Positions 57,653 to 64,000 of a DNA stretch of 64,000 nt are shown piece by piece. The position numbers and the translations under genes are program-made. The DNA is taken from assembly GCA_964570665.1 (NCBI GenBank), contig CAZMZH010000002.1:301642-365641 (forward strand), given 5' to 3'. The notes beneath the pieces were generated by a model, which worked only from the letters and a program-made list of their open reading frames with translations, was not told the origin of the DNA and made no database searches. Each line of letters starts with the position of its first letter. Position 1 is the first letter of the stretch. The stretch comes from an uncultured Nitrospinota bacterium. Lineage in GTDB: Bacteria > Nitrospinota > Nitrospinia > Nitrospinales > JAJDAT01.

Positions 57653-58213
57653 ATGTCATCAAAGACTAGAAAAGTTAAAAAAGTTCAGGCGAGACACATT
57701 TTAGTTTCCAGTAAGGAATTGGCTCTTGATCTTAAGAAAAAATACGAAGATGGCGAAGACTTTGCCGAGTTAGCTCAACAAAATAGCGAATGCCCTTCAA
57801 AAAAGCGAGGAGGCGATTTAGGTTGGTTTGGAAAGGGAGCTATGGTACGGCCTTTTGAAGTGGCTGCGTTTTCCGCAGAAGAAGGCTCGGTTACCGATCC
57901 GGTTAAAACTGAATTTGGTTGGCATTTGATTTATGTTTATGAAGTTAAAGAAGATGCAGATCCTGATGCAGGACCTCCAACTGGCGACGAAGATGCCGAT
58001 GAAAAGACTTTACGCTTGGTAGCTGAAAATTACGCTCATGAGTTTATGATGCTAGGTTATTCTAGTAAAAAAGTTCTCAGTCTTTTTACAAGCCAGCACT
58101 TTAAATCTGCGAATGTTGTTTATAATATTCTTGGTAAAGATATTATTAATGAAATAATTGCCAAGGTTTATGGAGTTAAAATTGAGAAAAAACAGGAAGA
58201 TTCTGGCGAATAG
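57653..58213 (+). CDS. Parvulin-type peptidyl-prolyl isomerase (PpiC-like) with a ~85-aa C-terminal extension
   Basis: ARHILVSS...CPSKKRGGDLGWFGKGAMVRPFE...TEFGWHLIYV. An acidic linker and a helical tail of unknown function follow. Confidence 0.8.
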   Translation: MSSKTRKVKKVQARHILVSSKELALDLKKKYEDGEDFAELAQQNSECPSKKRGGDLGWFGKGAMVRPFEVAAFSAEEGSVTDPVKTEFGWHLIYVYEVKEDADPDAGPPTGDEDADEKTLRLVAENYAHEFMMLGYSSKKVLSLFTSQHFKSANVVYNILGKDIINEIIAKVYGVKIEKKQEDSGE

Positions 58214-58406
58214 TTAATTTCAAATTAATCGTTATTTTCTTTTGTTTTTTTAATACTTTTCATCGTTTCTTCCCCCTTTCAATTGCCCACCAAGTTTCTT
58301 ACCTTTTTTATTTTTCATAATTCAAAAAATAGCATTGAACCTAAAAATACGGAACAAACTCCTGTGCGTATTTTCTAGAATTAAAATCTTTAGATTTTAG
58401 AAAAAA

Positions 58407-58796
58407 TTAAGAAGAAATTAAGTCGAGTCTTCGTAAGGTTGGGGAACCGAAGGGCGGAAGGTTTAAAATACGTCCATTTTTTATAGTTTTTAGGGCAAAG
58501 GCGACCATTGCCTCATAATCTTTCATTCTTTCCCTAAAAAACTGAATTGAATCCAAACAAATCTTTTTTGTTTTTTTTATTTTTTGAACAGTTTGCTGGT
58601 GGAGTTTAATTAGTTGAATCTCTTTTTCTTTTAATAGATGTAGGTTATTTCCTAAGGTCTTCCTTTTTTGTTTTATAAAGCTTCTAAAAGTTCTCAATGG
58701 ATCAAGGTTTGAAGCAATGGAAGATTTCTCGGGCACCGCTTCATCTATCCTTTGTGAATTTAAAAGCTTATCGACTTCATTTTGATCAAGATCCAT
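58407..58796 (-). CDS. Hypothetical coiled-coil protein (129 aa)
   Basis: Isolated ORF with no recognisable motif. A 14-bp perfect inverted repeat lies 31 nt upstream of its ATG. Confidence 0.4.
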   Translation of the reverse strand: MDLDQNEVDKLLNSQRIDEAVPEKSSIASNLDPLRTFRSFIKQKRKTLGNNLHLLKEKEIQLIKLHQQTVQKIKKTKKICLDSIQFFRERMKDYEAMVAFALKTIKNGRILNLPPFGSPTLRRLDLISS

Positions 58797-58826
58797 TTTT
58801 TCTCTAAAATCAAAAATTTTTACAAT

Positions 58827-58860
58827 CGTTCAATCGGACCAATTTAGGTCCGATTGAACG
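58827..58860. repeat. Perfect 14-bp inverted repeat (hairpin or operator)
   Basis: CGTTCAATCGGACC-aattta-GGTCCGATTGAACG. Confidence 0.9.
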
Positions 58861-59179
58861 TTAGGGTCGACGAGGGGGGTTGCCAACCCTTCATGCAAAA
58901 AATTAAAAAAATATGAAATTTCACAGGTAAGTTACTTAGTTTAAGTTCTTGGGTAATCATTAGTTTTTGTAAACTATCTATTGGTAAGCATTTTCTGTTC
59001 CAAAACTTTCAACGGTTTTTTTGTTTTTTAAGTCCTATTAATTCAATGGATTTTGGTTTTTGTTCTTGAGGGACCAGAAAAAGTAGTGAAGTTTTTGGAA
59101 TTGATAAGACGGGATGTCTCAAAATGAAACTTTCGGGGCACTTTGAGACAAGAGGAGGAGGAAGTTTTTAAAAGGTTAT

Positions 59180-59959
59180 CTAATTAACTTGGCTATGGAT
59201 GTAATCGACCCATTTTTGGGTACGAGCGCTATTGGGTTTTAATTTTTTATAGAGTTTAAATTGTTTTATTGCCGCCCCATAATCGGAATTAAATGTTAAA
59301 GATACTCCTAAATTAAAAATTAAATTTGGATGATCGGGTTTTAGGGCTAAGCCTCTTTCATACATGTCGATTGCTTCAAGAGTTCTCTTTTTATTTTGAT
59401 AAGCAAGACCTAGTTGGTTAAAAAACTCTGAACTATCTATTAAAGGCTTATCTTTATATCTTTCTAAAAGAACTATTACCGAATCTGGGTTTTTATAAGG
59501 ATTAAGTTTTTTAGCCTCTTTAGCTAGTTTTCCAAATTTTAAATCTTTATCCGCAATTGCTTCCCCTAAACTTAATACCCAAATTGGGGCCTGAAAAGAG
59601 CTTCCTGGGGAAATTTCTTCAAATATACCTTTGCCAGAAAAATCGATAAGAGCAAGATCAAGGGGCTCTTGGTTGTCAAAATCGGCAGTTACAGAATATG
59701 TCTTTCCGCTAATTGTATAAACTCCCACTGAAATTTTTCCAACTTCGTAGATATTAAAGCGGGTCTCCTTTCCAGGCATTTTTGATGAATGATCCTCCAA
59801 GCTGGAAAAAATACTTCGTTTTCCCTTCCAATCCGGAATTCCCCATTCTTTTAAGGTTTTGGGAGTTGCCCAAACCTTTTGAATGGCTATGAAATTTAGA
59901 GTTAAGGTAAAACAGCAAGAGATTATAAATATACGTAATAGGGAGTTTTTATTTTTCAT
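59180..59959 (-). CDS. Secreted TPR-repeat protein
   Basis: Signal peptide (LLRIFIISCCFTLTLNFIAIQKVWA). C-terminal TPRs (LGLAYQNKKRTLEAIDMYERGLALKPDHPNLIFNLGVSL). Confidence 0.65.
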   Translation of the reverse strand: MKNKNSLLRIFIISCCFTLTLNFIAIQKVWATPKTLKEWGIPDWKGKRSIFSSLEDHSSKMPGKETRFNIYEVGKISVGVYTISGKTYSVTADFDNQEPLDLALIDFSGKGIFEEISPGSSFQAPIWVLSLGEAIADKDLKFGKLAKEAKKLNPYKNPDSVIVLLERYKDKPLIDSSEFFNQLGLAYQNKKRTLEAIDMYERGLALKPDHPNLIFNLGVSLTFNSDYGAAIKQFKLYKKLKPNSARTQKWVDYIHSQVN

Positions 59960-60199
59960 GCAAAATATTATGAAATTAAGGTTGGAAAAAATAATATTAT
60001 ATATATCTTTTAAGAGTTTGGCTAGATGGTAATTTTTTCAAAAGCGGTCATTTTTTCTGTAATTAGTCTCATAGTTTTTTGGATGTTATTTCGTAAGGCA
60101 TTGTATTTAAATGAGTTTTAAAATTTTTCTTATTTTTAATTTGTGGCATGTTTATTGCTTTAACAATAAGTGAAGATTCGGACAGGCACACCTCCTTAC

Positions 60200-60241
60200 C
60201 CCGGATGATTTCAGTAAACCAGGTATTGAATATCATCCGGG
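60200..60241. repeat. 10-bp perfect inverted repeat with a 22-nt spacer upstream of the DyP-like gene
   Basis: CCCGGATGAT-(22 nt)-ATCATCCGGG, 100 nt upstream of the ATG at 60341. Confidence 0.85.
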
Positions 60242-60340
60242 CGTGCCTACCAATTTTTCTACTCTATTTGGTTTTTTCCAACTCAGATATAATTTCCTAC
60301 CTTGCTTGTTTTTTTTATTTTTTAAGTTCATAGTATTTCG

Positions 60341-61186
60341 ATGGGCCGTCCTCAATCTGGTTTAATTGTTCCTCCGCAAAACAATCTCATTTCATTGGTT
60401 TATCATGTCGAAGACCTTGGCGTAAACGCTATGAGCGTTTCCAAAATTGCCGCCATGATTGCTGGATTAGCTGAAGAAAAAGAGAAGTGTGATTTTGATT
60501 CCAAAAATAATTATATGATTGGTTTTGGGGCTAGGTTTTGGAGTTTAGTTTTTCATTTGAACTTACCTAAAGCATTTGAACGTTTTCGTCCTTTGAATTT
60601 GAAGCAAGTTGATCCAGTAGAAGTGGGAGGAGACTTTTTTATCTTTTTCAACGCTCAAAATTCAGATTGGAATGAAAGATTACTTTCCGAAATCGAGATT
60701 AATCTTAGGGAGTTGACAGAAACCGCCGATCAATTTAATGGATGGCCCGTTTTTTCAACTGATTTAAAAGATAATAAAAAAGTTTTAATAGGCTCAGAAG
60801 ATCCTGAGTTTTTAGGAGGATGTTTTACTTTGAGGTTAAAGTTTTCTTGGGATGAAAAAGATGAATCCGAAAACCTTTTAGCGAAAGATTTTAGAAATTT
60901 TATTGAATCTAAACATTTTAAAGGAATAGTGGAGCAGTTTTTAGCGCGTTCATTACTTTTTCAAAATAAGAATGATTTCTTATTAATGATTTTAAGTAAA
61001 ACACCTCAGCAGTTGGAGGATGTATTAGAAGAGATAAGCCGAATTGAGTCAAAATTTTTCTTATTTTTGGAATTTGGTTCTTACGCTTTTGTGCCTTCGA
61101 TCGATGTATTAACAGGCTTAAGAATGGGAGGGTTAAGGATGGGAGCTCTATCTCCTACGGCCAGATTTAAGATAAGGCCAATCTAA
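60341..61186 (+). CDS. Divergent DyP-type peroxidase-like protein
   Basis: Collinear by eye with YfeX/DyP proteins: PQSGLI (cf. QSGIL), IGFGARFWSLV, GGDFFIFFNAQ, GGCFTLRLKFSW, C-terminal YAFVPSIDVL. The GXXDG distal-Asp motif is not evident. Confidence 0.45.
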   Translation: MGRPQSGLIVPPQNNLISLVYHVEDLGVNAMSVSKIAAMIAGLAEEKEKCDFDSKNNYMIGFGARFWSLVFHLNLPKAFERFRPLNLKQVDPVEVGGDFFIFFNAQNSDWNERLLSEIEINLRELTETADQFNGWPVFSTDLKDNKKVLIGSEDPEFLGGCFTLRLKFSWDEKDESENLLAKDFRNFIESKHFKGIVEQFLARSLLFQNKNDFLLMILSKTPQQLEDVLEEISRIESKFFLFLEFGSYAFVPSIDVLTGLRMGGLRMGALSPTARFKIRPI

Positions 61187-61200
61187 GGGAATTTAAAAAG

Positions 61201-61455
61201 CTATAGGGATCGAATATTTGTAATTTGTATTTCGTTAGGGGCTTTTTTCAAATAATGGGCAAGAGCCGAATGAATAACGGCTATATGTTCTGATGTTTCT
61301 TCGTTGCCGGAAGAAGACACTGGTTTTGCCGGAGGAGGAACGTAGGGCATCCACTTTACTAAAGTTTTAATTACAAAGATTAAGCTCGTAAGGATAATAA
61401 AAATTACTGACAGTGAAATTAGAGATACGAATATCGAGGATGTTATCGGCGACAT
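61201..61455 (-). CDS. oadG: Oxaloacetate decarboxylase gamma subunit
   Basis: 84 aa. Single N-terminal TM, Pro-rich linker, C-terminal EHIAVIHSALAHYL. Directly downstream of oadB. Confidence 0.65.
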   Translation of the reverse strand: MSPITSSIFVSLISLSVIFIILTSLIFVIKTLVKWMPYVPPPAKPVSSSGNEETSEHIAVIHSALAHYLKKAPNEIQITNIRSL

Positions 61456-61462
61456 TTTTTTA

Positions 61463-62659
61463 TTAAGGCAATATAGGGTTGATTAATTGAGAAGCAGTTT
61501 GCAAAGCTGCATGCGACACTGGATCAGGGGTTCCAAATAATGAAACAAATACTCCGGCAGCGACAGCGCTACCAATAACTCCAGCTACATTTGGACCCAT
61601 TGCGTGCATTAGCAAAAAGTTGTTATGGTCTTCTTCAGAACCAACTTTTTGAGAAACTCTTGCGGCCATGGGGACTGCAGAAACTCCTGCGGACCCAATT
61701 AATGGATTTACTTTTCCACCGCTAATTTTACACATAAGTTTCCCAAACAAAACGCCTCCCGAAGTAGCTACAACAAATGCCAACAAACCTAGAATAATAA
61801 TTTTTATAGTTTCAAGTTTAAGAAAAGATTCGGCTGTCATAGAACCGCCAACGGAAAGAGCAAGCAAAATAGTAACTATATTTATCAAGTGTGTTTCAGA
61901 AGTCTCATGAAGTCTTCCTGTTACTCCAGATTCCCTAAATAAATTTCCCAACATGAGCATTCCCAATAAGGGAGCTACTCCAGGTAATATCAACGTGCAT
62001 AAAATCGTAGTAGCAATAGGGAATACGATTTTTACATTTTGTGAAATGGGTTTGAGTTGCTCCATCCGAATCTTTCTTTCTTCGGGCGTCGTGAAAAACC
62101 TCATAATTGGAGGTTGAATCAATGGAACCAACGACATATAAGAATAAGCGGCTACAGCTATGGGACCTAATAGGTGTGGAGCTAGTTTACTGGCGAGGAA
62201 AATAGAAGTCGGGCCGTCAGCTCCGCCTATGATGCCAATAGCGCTTGCTTCCTGTAAGTTAAACCCAAGAAACACCGCTCCAATTAAAGTGGAGTAGATA
62301 CCAATTTGCGCGGCAGCCCCTAAAAGCAAAGTACTAGGATTAGCTAATAAAGGACCAAAGTCAGTAAGCGCTCCAACTCCTAAGAAGATCAAAGGCGGTA
62401 AAACTTCATGTTTGACGCCAAAATAAAATATATTTAAGAGACCGCCTTCAGCATCGGAAGCCATATTGCTTAATGGAAGGTTAGCTAAAAGACAACCAAA
62501 TCCAATTGGGAGGAGCAATAAGGGTTCAAACTTTTTCCAGATAGCTAAATATAGCAATACGCATGAAACCCCGATCATTATAAAATGACCAGTTGTCATT
62601 GCTACAAAACCCGTCATGCCGACGATTTTTGAAAAAGATTGTGCTAAGGAACTTTCCAT
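61463..62659 (-). CDS. oadB: Na+-translocating oxaloacetate decarboxylase beta subunit
   Basis: 398-aa polytopic protein with conserved [13 protein letters not shown] and [14 protein letters not shown] blocks. 1-nt overlap with the oadA stop. Confidence 0.9.
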   Translation of the reverse strand: MESSLAQSFSKIVGMTGFVAMTTGHFIMIGVSCVLLYLAIWKKFEPLLLLPIGFGCLLANLPLSNMASDAEGGLLNIFYFGVKHEVLPPLIFLGVGALTDFGPLLANPSTLLLGAAAQIGIYSTLIGAVFLGFNLQEASAIGIIGGADGPTSIFLASKLAPHLLGPIAVAAYSYMSLVPLIQPPIMRFFTTPEERKIRMEQLKPISQNVKIVFPIATTILCTLILPGVAPLLGMLMLGNLFRESGVTGRLHETSETHLINIVTILLALSVGGSMTAESFLKLETIKIIILGLLAFVVATSGGVLFGKLMCKISGGKVNPLIGSAGVSAVPMAARVSQKVGSEEDHNNFLLMHAMGPNVAGVIGSAVAAGVFVSLFGTPDPVSHAALQTASQLINPILP

Positions 62660-64000
62660 TACCCAATAGTTACCAGTGCATCTCCAGCGCTCACATTGTT
62701 GCCTTCTTGAACGTGAATAGTTTGAACAGTTCCAGTGAAATTTGATTTTATTTCCGTTTCCATCTTCATGGCTTCGATAATTAGAACGGTATCTCCTTCT
62801 GAAACGGAAGCGCCAACTTGAACTTTAATCGAAAGTATTGTTCCAGGTAACTTAGCGTCTATGATATTTCCAGATCCACCTTGCGCTGAAGCCGCTGCTG
62901 GTTGAGCTGCTGCTGGTTGAGCTGCTGGAGCGGGTTGTGAAGTCGCAATTGGCGCCGGCGCTGAGCCAGCGGGAACCACTTCAACGGAATAAGCTTTACC
63001 ATTCACGTTGACCGTGTAATTTGCTGGACCTGTAGCCACGGGAGCGACAGGAGCGGCTGAAACTGTTCCAGTTCCATTTGTTTTAGGTTTTGCCGCAGCG
63101 GCTCTAGCTTTTTCTGTTACTGTTGGGTCGTTGCGCGTTTCAAAAAACTTTAAGGCTACTTTAGGAAACATAGCGTAAGTTAATAGATCTTCTTCCTCCG
63201 TTACCTTTCCTCCGCATTCTTTTACAACTGAATCCCATTCTGGCTCAAGTAAGTCTGCAGGTCGGCAATCAATGATTTTTTCATTTGCAGATACTTTATC
63301 AAAAAGTTCTTGGTTTAATTCGCCCGGAAGTTTCCCGTATTTACCTAATAGGCATTCCCGGGTTTCCTTAGTAACAATTTTATATCGCTCACCTGTCAGG
63401 ATATTGAGTGTCGCTTGGGACCCAACAATCTGGCTTGTGGGAGTCACCAGGGGAGGATATCCTAGGTCTTTCCTGACTCTTGGGACCTCTTTCAAAACTT
63501 CTTCAATTTTATCCGTGGCGTTTTGTTCTTTTAGTTGGTTTTCCATATTAGAAATCATTCCGCCAGGAATTTGCGAATCTAAGATTTTAATATCGACGCC
63601 TTTAAAATCACTTTCAAATTGTGCATAGTGTTTTCTGACATCTTTAAAATAATCAGAAATCTCATGAAGAAGGTTTATATCTAAACCTGTATCTCGCGGG
63701 GTTCCTTTAAGAGATGCGACAACACATTCCGTAGCAAATTGTGAAGTGCCCATTGCTAATGCGGAAATGGCAGTATCAACCATGTCAACACCCTCGTCGA
63801 TAGCGCACTGTAAATTCATTCCTACCAATCCAGTTGTCGCATGGGTATGCAAGTGAATTGGAAGTTTAACCGTATTTTTAATTTCTCTAATTAAAGAACG
63901 AGTAATTTGAGGAGTTAAAAGTCCTGCCATATCTTTGATACAAATAATATCAGAACCCATGTCCTCTAGTTGCTTAGCCATTTTAACGTAAAGGTCAACG
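62659..64000 (-). CDS. oadA: Oxaloacetate decarboxylase alpha subunit (carboxyltransferase + biotinyl domain), 5'-truncated by the window end
   Basis: The frame stays open to base 64000 (...[15 protein letters not shown]...). Blocks [10 protein letters not shown] and LHTHATTG, Ala/Pro-rich linkers, and the biotinylation motif IIEAMKMET. Confidence 0.9.
   Translation of the reverse strand, partial: VDLYVKMAKQLEDMGSDIICIKDMAGLLTPQITRSLIREIKNTVKLPIHLHTHATTGLVGMNLQCAIDEGVDMVDTAISALAMGTSQFATECVVASLKGTPRDTGLDINLLHEISDYFKDVRKHYAQFESDFKGVDIKILDSQIPGGMISNMENQLKEQNATDKIEEVLKEVPRVRKDLGYPPLVTPTSQIVGSQATLNILTGERYKIVTKETRECLLGKYGKLPGELNQELFDKVSANEKIIDCRPADLLEPEWDSVVKECGGKVTEEEDLLTYAMFPKVALKFFETRNDPTVTEKARAAAAKPKTNGTGTVSAAPVAPVATGPANYTVNVNGKAYSVEVVPAGSAPAPIATSQPAPAAQPAAAQPAAASAQGGSGNIIDAKLPGTILSIKVQVGASVSEGDTVLIIEAMKMETEIKSNFTGTVQTIHVQEGNNVSAGDALVTIG

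Noticed and set aside
60148-60333. 61-aa plus-strand ORF just upstream of the DyP-like gene
   Set aside because: It is hydrophobic and low-complexity, has no SD, and spans the inverted repeat and the likely promoter region. It is probably not coding.
1-64000. Mobile-element boundaries (integrase, transposase, tRNA attachment sites, direct repeats) around the two accessory blocks, and any tRNA or rRNA genes
   Set aside because: None found by eye. There are no recombinase-like ORFs, no tRNA-like GTTCGAATC T-loop signatures and no long direct repeats flanking 31.8-38.3 kb or 47.6-57.6 kb. The blocks look like old, ameliorated accessory regions rather than recent insertions.

Overview
A 64-kb, visibly AT-rich chromosomal segment from a flagellated diderm bacterium (Lnt, secretin and flagellar rod/MS-ring genes are present). 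I cannot assign a taxon from the sequence alone. I saw no rRNA, tRNA, CRISPR array, transposase or integrase. Content in order: (1) a truncated membrane-protein gene and an M20 peptidase. (2) A c-di-GMP trio: HD-GYP, HDOD and GAF-GGDEF. (3) An AMIN/TPR protein, a PAS histidine kinase and a sigma-54 (NtrC-type) response regulator. (4) A near-consensus sigma-54 promoter driving flgC-fliFGHIJ plus a YlxF-like gene, with no flgB or fliE. (5) A DUF502 gene. (6) An 11-kb minus-strand MSHA-like type IV pilus operon: three prepilin-type pilins, a PilX-like protein, a PilM-PilN fusion, PilO-like and PilP-like proteins, a lipoprotein secretin, an ExeA/MshM ATPase fused to SPOR, and a TPR MshN-like protein. 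It sits behind a consensus sigma-70 promoter but has no motor ATPase or platform gene. (7) lnt. (8) Accessory block 1 (31.8-38.3 kb): three paralogous secreted Cys-containing proteins with (Ser-Pro)n and (Asp-Lys)n tracts, plus a 744-aa GT-C-like membrane protein. (9) guaA, guaB, a transglutaminase-like protein, and class II RNR nrdJ with candidate NrdR boxes. (10) Accessory block 2 (47.6-57.6 kb): NHL, TPR and RNI-type LRR proteins, a small secreted protein, a glutaredoxin-like protein, and eight DUF1566/Lcl-C-like domains in seven ORFs. (11) A parvulin, a TPR protein, a divergent DyP-like protein, and oadG-oadB-oadA (oadA cut by the window end). The two accessory blocks are the best candidates for undescribed biology. 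All family calls come from motif recognition by eye; no searches or computations were run.
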